Part shown: positions 24,742 to 34,931 of the stretch, in pieces
How positions within the stretch are numbered: the first letter of the stretch is position 1
Layout of the letters: each line of letters opens with the position of its first letter
The notes under the pieces: generated by a model
Seen by the model: only the letters and a program-made list of their open reading frames with translations
Told to the model about the DNA's origin: nothing
The model's database searches: none
Made by a program: the position numbers and the translations under genes
Assembly (NCBI GenBank): GCA_030295235.1
Contig: AP026124.1
Coordinates: forward strand, 248,001-312,000
Direction of reading: 5' to 3'
DNA: 64,000 bases
From: Fistulifera solaris
Taxonomy: Eukaryota

Positions 24742-26007
24742 ATGATCCTCGTCGATGGCTTGTCTCGTGTCATTCGTAGTATGCTCCGATTTGGGCGGTC
24801 GGACCATCCAATCGACGCTACGGAAAATGAAGAATCAACACTTCTACGAAGATCGAGCTACACACCTTCGCTTTCCGACACATACGAAGGATTTGAGCAA
24901 TCCTTTACGGCCTTCCAGCTCTGTATTTTCCACGTGATTTGCTATTATCTCATTGCGGTTCTTTGTTTTAGCTATTTCTTCGAAAACTGGACTATCATTG
25001 ATTCACTCTATTTCGCAACGGTTCTATTTACGACAATCGGCTTTGGTGACCTGGAGTCCGTCAACTTGGACTGGGCGTATGTCGGTAATCTTCTTGGCGA
25101 TGTATGGTATAGTTTTGTTGGGGATTTTCCTCGGTATTGCCGGACACAACCTGATGGAGTATCAAACCAAATTATGGGATCGACAACGAAAAGATGTCCG
25201 CAGCAAAATATTGCGAACCGTAGAACAAGCAGCAATCGAGAGAAAAGAGACTGGAGATAGTCAACCGTCGGAACCTTTGGAAAGCCAACGGGCAGTGGAT
25301 GTATCCTTGTGTCGCGAAATCGGTCAAGTTGTTCTTTCAAAAGTCCCATTTTATTTTTTTGTTCTGATGGGCGGGGTTATGCTAGGACATGCGGAAGGAT
25401 GGAACATGTTTGAAAGGTAAGCGCGCCATATAAATAGTGACGTTGAAATATCAACGCACGCTTCGACTCAAATCTATTCTAGTATCTATTTCACCGTTAC
25501 AGCTGGGACTACCATTGGTGAGTTCATAGTTTTCCAAACAAAAGAATGAACTTTCAAAACAATCGCTAACAGAAACGGTGTTCTTCCTCGGCAGGCTTTG
25601 GTGACTATCATCCAGATCATCCTCTTGTTCGACTTGCGTGTTGCTTCTTTCTTCCTCTTCTCGTGGCAGTTCTGGGACAGTTTCTCGCTGCGGTTGCTTC
25701 GGTTTACATGAAACGTCAGCGGCGGCAAGCAGAGCGAAAGTTTCTTACTCGAACCATGACCATTTATGACATGCAGGCTATGGACGAGAACAACGATGGT
25801 GAAGTTCAAGAATCTGAATTCCTTGCTTTCATGCTCGTAGCACTCAACAAAGTGAACAAGGATGAGATTACGGAAATAATGTCACTCTTTGATAGACTAG
25901 ACGTGTCGAAGTCGGGTACCATTGACATGAAAGACCTTGTTGTCAGTAAAGCCGAGATCTTCCGTGGGGTACTGGGCGATTCCACCGTCCCAAAGGGGAG
26001 ACGCTGA
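24742..26007 (+). CDS. Two-pore (TPK/KCO-like) potassium channel with C-terminal EF-hands
   Basis: Two TTIGFGD pore motifs, the second split by intron ~25518-25594 (another intron at ~25418-25482). EF-hands DENNDGEVQESEF and DVSKSGTIDMKD. Frameshift near 25058. Confidence 0.88.
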
Positions 26008-26368
26008 CCACATAATCTAGAGTCCACGGACCATCCCTCACACAGTTCTCTTGTTGAACAACTCGCTTTCACAAATTGTTTCATTTAAATCGAGGACTCG
26101 CCGCCAATCCCCGTGCCCCGGTGCCGTGCATCATGTTCATATACTGCCAGCGCTGACGCCGTTCTTCGCTTTCAGGATCCTTCCCCACACGACGATAAAA
26201 CTTTTCTTGATCTAAATCCCTGCTGGAAAATTGGGATCGGCTACTGGTCCAGCTGCTGTCCAAACTTGGTCTTCGGATGGATTCTGTTACAAAGAACTTG
26301 CTCATTTCGAGTTTCTCGGCTGAAGTAACGTTTATGCAGGTGTGAATGTGGTGAATGTGGTGAACGTC
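25963..26368. repeat. Copy 1 of a ~390-bp direct duplication (TPK 3' end plus TLDc 3' end)
   Basis: Aligns with 28454-28844 with roughly a dozen differences. It ends in a GTGAATGTG micro-tandem. Confidence 0.92.
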
Positions 26369-26566
26369 TTGGTACAATTCTGAGCGAGGATCAGCCTGCC
26401 CACTTTGTAAACATAGCGTCGGCTAACTAAACTGCCCATCGGAGGGCAAGGCTTTCGTTCTTTAAACATAACACAAAGCATTCTTTCGCACTACGAAAGT
26501 GAGAGTATACACAATGGACTGAGTGTGCTTTTCGGACTCAAAAGTCACTGCTAGCTATTTAACGTT

Positions 26567-27621
26567 CTACTTCGAGTGAACACCTCCCTCCTTTGAAAAA
26601 TATTTGTCATGGAGGTACTGTCCTGAGGTGGTTGGCTCGAACTTGGGAGGGTTATCCTCTGAGCAACATGTATCAAGAGGGACGATAGGAACATCAAAAC
26701 CTGGCTCGTAGAAGAAAGGAAGGGAATACCTCTCCGATCCACCCTGAAGGACGACCCTATGCGGTGTCGAGCGAAACAAACCATTCGACAAACGCTCCAA
26801 CATATCTCCCAAGTTCACCACAAACGCACCACTCCGATGAGGAACATCGATCCATTGACCAGTCTTTAGCAACACTTGCAAGCCAGGCGTTCCATCCGTA
26901 CGCAACACAGTAATCACTGGCCCATCTGTATGTTCACCAGCTCCAAATAGTCCTTCCTCCGGTACACTCTTAACATCTCCGTAATGAAGTAAACTTAATG
27001 CAGTCATCGGGTCTTCAAACGTTTTGTCGAATGAGCCCTTTGGTAATCCCAGAGCAAGGGCCAAGCTGAGAATAAAATAGGATTGCGATAAGTCAAACAA
27101 ACAAGTAGAACTGCCAATGATGTACTTGTCACAGATAATTATACTCACAGCTGCACCAATCGAAAGCAAAGCTCACACATCTTGTCATGATAAGTTTCTA
27201 TAACGGTGCGGAATTTTTCGCAATCATCCATGTCCGGAGTGAGCTCAGGAGAAGGCATCACATTTGACCCCTTGAGCTTTGCAACGTTATATTCTGGGTG
27301 ATCAGCAGGGAAGTGTCTTCCTACGTAGAACCCTTCCTTGGTGTCGCCGTCCGCATCGGCTCCATAAGCGATCTTTCCATCCAGGGTGAAGTATCCTCTG
27401 ACAAGAGCAGGGTTGCTGAGCGCTTTCTTGGACGGCTTTGAGAGACTGAAAAAGAGCTTGGACTGCTCAAAGACATCGGTGATTAGCTCCTCCTCAATTC
27501 CATGATCCTCGAGGAAGAAAAAGCCAACTTCGATACATGCGGAACGAAGGCGGTTCACGGTTTCCTCAGAATCGCTGTTGCGTAGAGAAATCGTAGGGAT
27601 CGCGTCATCTTGGATACACAT
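26567..27621 (-). CDS. 2OG-Fe(II) dioxygenase, isopenicillin-N-synthase-like (DIOX_N plus 2OG-FeII_Oxy)
   Basis: IPTISL, ACIEVGFFFLEDHGI, DTKEGF, intron 27148-27066, then GEHTD, NLGDMLERLSNG..STPHRV and RYS. Confidence 0.92.
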
Positions 27622-28453
27622 GGTGGGAGTGAGCTAACTCAGCTGCAACTTTGGATCGTCAGAGAGGCAGTAAGTAAATCTAGGATGGCACCGTTCAAAG
27701 TGAGTATCCTCTTCAATACAGATCAGCATGGTTTTTGTGCATCGTGCATCGGCCCAAGGTTGATACTTAGTAGCCTTCCGTCGAGCCTCATCGAGACCCG
27801 CACACGATATCCAAAAAACGACGAGAGGCGAGGAAGGAATCACGTGCTTGAAAGATATCCTTGATCCTTCTTGCGTCTTAAGTCTTAATGCTTTGAAAAG
27901 GAATAAAACAAGACTTGTCTTATTGCCGGCAAAATACCTTCGTCATCTTCATTTTTTTTATTGTGTATCTAGTCCACTTTACAAACCCTAAACCTTACCC
28001 TACAAAGTCCTCATTTAGTCGTGGACGACGTCTGACGACTCGTCACTCTTACTAAGTTTACTTGTCTACGTAGAAGGATCTCGAAAACCCCTCTCTAACC
28101 TTTAACAATAACTAAGAGCTGAAAATTATAGCATGAATGCTTGCTCAGTAGCTTATAAAAGACTTGCATCCATTAGGAAGAAACTGCGACATGGTACAAA
28201 TCTAAAGCGAGAGTCAGGCTCCAACTGCCACCTTTCGAAGACAGTCTTTCCTGCCCTTGACGTCGGCATAACAAAGTAGAGCTAGCAAAGTTAGCGGGTC
28301 TTCGAAATCCTTATCAAAAAACCAGAGCCGGGGCCCACCTGACAAGAGGACCGCGACGAGATAAGAAAGTCAAACATCACTGTTTCAGTTTGCATCGATC
28401 GCTGTACTCCCTGTTGTACAAGTCGAAAGCTCAAAGCGCATCTTTGGGTGGAA

Positions 28454-28844
28454 CGTGGAGTACTGGGCGATTCCACCGTCCCAAAGGGGAGACGGTGACC
28501 AGATAATCTAGAGTCCACGGACCATCCCTCACAAAGTTCTCTTGTTGAACAACTCGCTTTCAAACAAATTATTTCAATTAAATCGAGGACTCGCCGCCAG
28601 TCCCCGTGCCCCGGTGCCGTGCATCATGTTCATATACTGCCAGCGCTGACGCCGTTCTTCGCTTTCAGGATCATTCCCCACACGACGATAAAACTTTTCT
28701 TGATCTAAATCCCTGCTGGAAAATTGGGATCGGCTACTGGTCCAGCTGCTGTCCAAACTTGGTCTTCGGATGGATTCTGTGACAAAGAACTTGCTCATTT
28801 CGAGTTTCTCGGCTGAAGTAAGGTCTATGCAGGGGGTGAACGTC
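28454..28844. repeat. Copy 2 of the ~390-bp direct duplication
   Basis: See 25963-26368. This copy holds the real TLDc 3' end and an orphan TPK tail. Confidence 0.92.
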
Positions 28845-30178
28845 CAAACTTCAATGTTTCTGACTTGAAATGTTTCTGTGTGATCACCAGCACCGCACAA
28901 ACCCGGACTACCGAAACTTTCACTGGGGCTCGTTGTTCCCGTAATCAAATCATCACTAAGTGCAAGGGCAAAGCCCATCTTCTCCGTCATTTTAGCAAGT
29001 TCGTGAAGATTGCCGAACTCATCAAGAGATGGTGCATGATCATCTCCTCCAATAGCTAGAATATCGTGCCTGCAGATCTGCATCATCCCATCAGCAGGAC
29101 CGCTGTAATTATACACATCGATTTGAGATTCGAGAGCGGCTTGGTCAAAGAGCGAGTAGCACTTAGTGAGTCTCGACTTTTTCATCCTCCATACAAATGA
29201 AGGCTTCGAACCGAAGAATCCGAAATGGTTTCCCCAAGCCTCCGAGGTAAAACTTCCAAAGACGTCTCCTTTGTTCGTTTCAATGGCCAATATAGTGTTG
29301 GGGGAAGCGCGACAGTACATCTTTAACGTCTCGAGCGAGGCTCCATCGCGAATCAACGAAAACTTTAACCAATAATTTTGATTCATCAACGAAGATGGTA
29401 TGTGGCTCATGAGAGCGTCCATCAGCGGGGGCGACAACACATGGGGCTGGGCACTCGTATCATCCGCTGACGTTCCAATAATCTTAAAGGCGTTGTGGTC
29501 TGATGTATTTCCATTTAAGATATCAGCAATCGTTTCGGTACGATTATAGTCATGCCCAAAGTCTTTGGCATATTCGTCTTTCAAGATCTCCCAAGCGGAA
29601 TAATCACTCCGAATCGTATCCTCATCCCAAGACGAATCGCTGGAACAAGAATCTTTGTCTTCTTTTCTTACTTCTTCGTCGGACGGAATATCGTCGCCTT
29701 CTTCTTCTTCAAACGATAGTTTCTGTATCCAGGGTCGCGCCGCAGTGCTCTGTGTATCGTCGACGCCGTGAAGGGAGCCCCTCATGACTAATGCTTTAGG
29801 ATTGACTCCATCTTCGTGTGCTTTCCATAAATTCCATAACATATAATTTCTTCTGTTTGGCTTTAATTCACGTTTGTTTTCGATCAGAGCGTCAGGAATA
29901 GAAAACAGAACATCATCGTCTAGCTTTTTGGCTGCTTGCTGTAGGAGTCGGGTTTTCTCACTGGCCTCTCTGGCACACGTATCGGGTGAGTTGGACGGAT
30001 CTACATCATCCACCAGAAGTGCATGTAGAAATAGTTTTTCGGCGGACGATAGAGACGGAATACGACGGAGCACCTTGGTCTGTAATAGTTGCCGAGCTTC
30101 TTGTACTTGTTCGGATAGTTTGTCGCTCGACGAAAGACTGGAAGAAAGATGTTGTAAAGTAGCTGTTTCTCCGCTCAT
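28574..30178 (-). CDS. TLDc-domain (OXR1/NCOA7-like) protein
   Basis: WLKFSLIRDGASL, ILAIETNKGDVFGSF, FFGSKPSFVW, LAIGG, SESFGSPGL and IEVW. Confidence 0.88.
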   Translation of the reverse strand: MSGETATLQHLSSSLSSSDKLSEQVQEARQLLQTKVLRRIPSLSSAEKLFLHALLVDDVDPSNSPDTCAREASEKTRLLQQAAKKLDDDVLFSIPDALIENKRELKPNRRNYMLWNLWKAHEDGVNPKALVMRGSLHGVDDTQSTAARPWIQKLSFEEEEGDDIPSDEEVRKEDKDSCSSDSSWDEDTIRSDYSAWEILKDEYAKDFGHDYNRTETIADILNGNTSDHNAFKIIGTSADDTSAQPHVLSPPLMDALMSHIPSSLMNQNYWLKFSLIRDGASLETLKMYCRASPNTILAIETNKGDVFGSFTSEAWGNHFGFFGSKPSFVWRMKKSRLTKCYSLFDQAALESQIDVYNYSGPADGMMQICRHDILAIGGDDHAPSLDEFGNLHELAKMTEKMGFALALSDDLITGTTSPSESFGSPGLCGAGDHTETFQVRNIEVWTFTPCIDLTSAEKLEMSKFFVTESIRRPSLDSSWTSSRSQFSSRDLDQEKFYRRVGNDPESEERRQRWQYMNMMHGTGARGLAASPRFN

Positions 30179-30681
30179 GGTGTATTATTGCTGTATTGTG
30201 TGAATAAGTTTTGAATTAGTTGAGTGTAGTTTGGTTTGTTATCTTGTTGGAATGAATGCAAGTAGCTTTCCTACTTCGCAAATGTCGTTCAACGTAAGAA
30301 AGAAAGGTGCTGTCAAAGGGAAGAACAACGTCGAAAACGGTGAGAACGCGTTCGCATCCGAAGTTGTTGCACTCTATCATAATTTGTAGACTTGCGTTCG
30401 CGTTTTGGAACTTATCATTGTTAACTCATTGTCTTTCCGTTACTCATTGAATCAAGTCTGACGAGTGACGAACGAACAAAGACGTTAAAGCAACGTTATC
30501 AATGACAATTATATTATAGAGTAACGGACTGCACGCGTGAAAGTAACAAACGGCCAAAAGAAGCAACAACGACAACAACAAAACTTTTCCAAGCCATCAT
30601 CCTTCCGATAAGATAAACGAACGAATGAACAAGCAATAAGAAACAACCATCGCCTTTTTATTTTTATAAGCATTGAGAAAG

Positions 30682-32994
30682 ATGATGTTTCGAACAGGTG
30701 CTGCAGCATATGCTCTTTTAATACTGATTCCTTCCCCGCCAGCAGTGGCAGACGACGGACTCGACAAACCTTTCACTTCGTCTTTTGCCCGGTTAGAACA
30801 TGCTCCTTGTACCTCACTCTTTCACCGAAATGGACGAATCGGATGTGGAACGGAAGATACTTCGCTGCAAGTAGGAAAACTGAAATATTTCGACGGCAGT
30901 CTCCCGGATATAAAGAGCCCGTATGTTGCCGTCATGGACGAAGAAATGTTAACCGTCGATTCGATCAATACATTACTTTCGGCGCGCGGCGGATATTTGC
31001 AAGGAATTCTTGTCCTCAACTCGACTTCGGAAGAAGATGGAGGACAAAACAATCAATATTATTCCCCCGACTCTTTATATCCTCGAGGCTATGGTACTCC
31101 TTCCGCGAATCTTAATTACGGAACAAATGCGTATGCTTGGAATCCGAAAGGTCAAGGATTGTTTGATATTGACATGCATGGCATACCGATGGCTTACGTC
31201 ATTGATTCGGATGTTTCAAAATCCCTCCGGAAGGAGGCGCAGTCGGTTAGTGACGCTCCAGGGGATAATATTGTGGCAGAATTCAACTATTATATGGGTC
31301 CGGACAAAATGACCAGTGCCAAATGTCTCGCTTGGAAAGATGTCGCGACCAATCAGTGGAACCCAAAATGCTTACCCATCGGAGGAACTAGCGTATGGGC
31401 TACACCCGGTTCTCCTCCATCGTATGGTGACGCCGATAACGACAGCAATGCTAACATTCGACCGGTCGTTGTATTGGCTGCCGGAATGGATTCGACCAGT
31501 ATGTTTCACGACATTAGTCCTGGTGCAAACACAGCGGCCTCCAACATTCTCACTGTTCTGATGGCAGCCCGCTTGATTGGAAAATACGTCAATGATAGCA
31601 CATTGGACTCTTTGCCGAATCGAATTGTGTTCGCTTTGTTTGAGGCAGAGCAGTACGGTTTTGTTGGGTCGCGCTCCTTCCTTCGCGAAGTCGCTTACCC
31701 CGGTTTCGAATGCAAGAGTACTCTCGTTCGTGCAGTTTCAAGACTCGGTGAAAAGTCGGATCTAGCTTGCATCAATCCGGTACGCCCCAGCATGAAATTT
31801 ACTGGACTAGGACAGATCAAGGGAATGTTGTCAGTCGATCAGCTTGGCTACCTGCTAGGGGATGGTGTCCTCTATGTTCACGCGGATAACAACAACGACA
31901 CGTACGGCACTTTCTTGGCTAACATCATCAAAAATTCAGGAACGAACAGCTTCAGTGTTGCGTCGGCTACGGTGAACAATAACAACAATGCCTACCCCTA
32001 TCCTCCGACGCCACTAACATCCCTTCTTCATCTTTCCGAGGGTGCCGTTGGTGGAGCAGTGTTAACCGGGTACGACTATGCGTTCACCAATAAAGTCCCC
32101 TACCATTCCCACCGTGACTCTGCGGATTACTTTTCCGTCAATTTGAAGTCCATTGCCGCGGCAGCAACGATCGCCGCGCGGTCCATTTTGGCGGCGGCTT
32201 ACGACAATGGCAGCTACGACTACGCAACATCCGCTAATTACGCGAAGAATCTAATCGGCGAACTATCTTATGATGATAAAGACTTGGTGGCCTTATCCAA
32301 CTGTCTTCTGCACAATGGTCAGTGTGAGCTAATCCAGAAATACAGCTCGGTCGATGCGTCGAACGAGAGAATCCGTTTTGGTCGATACATGGGTTCGCCG
32401 AACCCCATGCCGAAAGCGGCGAACTTTTATGCAGGTGTATACCATCGATACTATGGACAACCGGTGGTCTCGGTCGGTGATCAGCTCTATGGCGCCTACA
32501 ATGGAAATGACTACGGAAACAAGGACTCGGATGCTGTTCACATTCTACCCGAAGCACTCGAAAGTGCTATTCATGGTTTGTTCAATGATTACCTCGGTCG
32601 CGGCTCGAGTTCGAATGGAAAGTTTACATCGTGCAAAACAGTATCGGATTGTGGAAATGTAGATTACTGCAGTGCCGAAGGCGACAGAGCCACTTGTACG
32701 GGTGGCGGTGTCTGTGTCTGTGAGCGAGCTTCCTACCACGTCGCTTTGGACGAAGCATTACTTCCTGCAGAAAACAAACCGGCTGGATTTTTTGTAGTCA
32801 ATGAGAACGACGAAGGCATCAGTGCCATGTATACCGAGCCGAATTGGTCGAACGATGTCGGCGTACGAGTCTATCGCGATGCCGGTTGGCTTCCCGGCTT
32901 CCTTTCGCTCGCGGCTGGGTTAGCCGTAGGGTCCGCGTCAATTTTTGCAGCCTTTGTTTTACGAATTGGTCTGAAGAAAGAAAAGCTGTATTAG
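30682..32994 (+). CDS. NCSTN: Nicastrin (gamma-secretase subunit)
   Basis: Signal peptide, PCTSLF..GRIGC, WNPKG, CLPIGGTSVW, MDSTSMF...PGA, FEAEQYGFVGSRSF, YTEPNW, and a single C-terminal TM helix with a short tail. Confidence 0.88.
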   Translation: MMFRTGAAAYALLILIPSPPAVADDGLDKPFTSSFARLEHAPCTSLFHRNGRIGCGTEDTSLQVGKLKYFDGSLPDIKSPYVAVMDEEMLTVDSINTLLSARGGYLQGILVLNSTSEEDGGQNNQYYSPDSLYPRGYGTPSANLNYGTNAYAWNPKGQGLFDIDMHGIPMAYVIDSDVSKSLRKEAQSVSDAPGDNIVAEFNYYMGPDKMTSAKCLAWKDVATNQWNPKCLPIGGTSVWATPGSPPSYGDADNDSNANIRPVVVLAAGMDSTSMFHDISPGANTAASNILTVLMAARLIGKYVNDSTLDSLPNRIVFALFEAEQYGFVGSRSFLREVAYPGFECKSTLVRAVSRLGEKSDLACINPVRPSMKFTGLGQIKGMLSVDQLGYLLGDGVLYVHADNNNDTYGTFLANIIKNSGTNSFSVASATVNNNNNAYPYPPTPLTSLLHLSEGAVGGAVLTGYDYAFTNKVPYHSHRDSADYFSVNLKSIAAAATIAARSILAAAYDNGSYDYATSANYAKNLIGELSYDDKDLVALSNCLLHNGQCELIQKYSSVDASNERIRFGRYMGSPNPMPKAANFYAGVYHRYYGQPVVSVGDQLYGAYNGNDYGNKDSDAVHILPEALESAIHGLFNDYLGRGSSSNGKFTSCKTVSDCGNVDYCSAEGDRATCTGGGVCVCERASYHVALDEALLPAENKPAGFFVVNENDEGISAMYTEPNWSNDVGVRVYRDAGWLPGFLSLAAGLAVGSASIFAAFVLRIGLKKEKLY

Positions 32995-33725
32995 TTGAAT
33001 ATGCTTAAAAATTCGATTGTTTTGTTGAAGAATGGAATCGTGTTTCACAAGAATAGTTTTCTTGCAAGTAGTATTGTGATGTCTCAATGCTTGCCGTCAG
33101 CGTCTGTGCTTGTCTAGCATCTATCATTTTCCCTCTCCTATGCTTGATCCGCATTCGCCGGAAACAATTGTAGAGTTGGTCACCACGTGCGAGAAAAGCG
33201 AGAAGGAAAAGTTTAGAGGAGCCTAGTCTTGATCTACGCTTAATTATTCTTAAATTGACACTTGGCGTTATGGTAACGGTTAACCTCTGGCCTGGAAGTG
33301 ACGCTTCTGGCCAACATTTACGGAAAACCATCGACGCATTCATCATAAAGGGGGCTAAATAAATCTGCATGCTTCCTAAAGTGGTTTTAGTTAGCAACGG
33401 TAGAAGAACAAGCGGTAGTTTGTGAGTCGTGTGGACTAATGTTCCGCTCGGATATCTATTCATTCATGACTGAAGTGCAGTCGTGGTTATGTTGAGACTG
33501 CATTTGGAGCTATAGTAAACATGGCTTCCCAAACAATCGTAGCGTTACTGAAAGACTTCTCTTGGGACACTCCCCGCTACTGCGCCCACGTACATACAAA
33601 GTAAAGAGCAAACTTCTTCCTTTTCGCAAAACGATGAAATTGCCATTCGCAACGAATGAATCAAATAGTCTGTGCATTCCTTTTGCTCTTGCTCATCCGT
33701 TCTCAAGCATTGACATAAATTAACA

Positions 33726-34905
33726 ATGACGTCGCCTGAAGAGAGTGCCGATAACTTGACTACGCAGGGTCCGACAATTACTTCTCAAATGCTGACGCTC
33801 GGACTGGATGCCAGTGACGGTCGATCGCCAAAACGTTCGGTGGAAATGGTGGACAACAACCATGAATCGGAACGAAATACCTGGTGGAATAGAGCTTTTC
33901 ATTCCACGGATGGAGGCTTGGATAGTCGCGTAGCAGCAACGGTGCCAAGCGAGTCAGATAGACCACGCGTATTAGTTGACGAAGTCGACACAAATTACTC
34001 TTACGAACAAATGGGAGAGCATTTGACGGTTGCTACACACACTCATGAGATGGCCGATTCTAGAAAAGCCAGGACGATGATGCAGCAGGGAATACGAACG
34101 GTTAGAGGTACTTTTAAGAAACTGCAGAAGACGTGGATCCTTAATTCGAACAGCAGACGCTCCTTGACGGACCGAAGCCATATGATTTTACGAGATGGGC
34201 ATTTTTACTACAGAGACATGGAAAGTGCGGTTCCCTCTCGTAATGATGTTGAGTCTCACTGCAATTACTTTCAAGCACCCTCGAGTGTCGCAGACACCGA
34301 ACTGAAACGATATCGGGAAAGATTTGCTGATCTCAATAAAGATGCCAAGTGCTTAGAACTCGATCGATTATTAGACAACGACTTGCAACTGGATCCCACC
34401 GAAAACATTGAAGCGAACGAAGTGCAACGAGATGCACGTAGCAGTATCCTTCACACTGCTCAAACATCGTCTCTTTATTATGAGGTTGAGGGTGGTGGTA
34501 TGACGCTTCTTTGTTTACCAAGAGATCACGTAAGACTCACTATGGATCCAGAGCTGCAAACTGGGACATTGGCTGTTGAGCAATGGAGACGGGAGGATGA
34601 GACGAGATACGAAGTTCCCTGGTCTCGAAGGCCGTCTTGCTCGTTTTGCCCTAACTGCAAAAAAAGAATTTACTTTCTGTAGAGATTTCTCGATCCATCC
34701 TGACTTACGGTACACCCTTGTGGTCAACGACGACTTGTACCGAAATCTCATGTCAGAATTGAGCAGCCATCTTACCGAACCGTACTGTGGCATCAACCGT
34801 TGGTGTCTGGACGACGAAAAAGTGGATATTCGTGTCGCAATCGGATTTCTAATCATTGTCTTTTCACTTATGTTTGCTACAACTATTGTATGGCCAACTC
34901 AGTGA
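33726..34905 (+). CDS. Hypothetical tail-anchored membrane protein
   Basis: Two overlapping ORFs joined by a frameshift near 34618, with C-terminal TM segment IRVAIGFLIIVFSLMFATTIV. Confidence 0.55.
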
Positions 34906-34931
34906 CGACCATTCGTCTAAAAACCACATTA

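Noticed and set aside
26081..26377. 98-aa ORF as a second TLDc gene
   Set aside because: It is only the duplicated 3' tail of the gene at 28574-30178 and lacks the domain.
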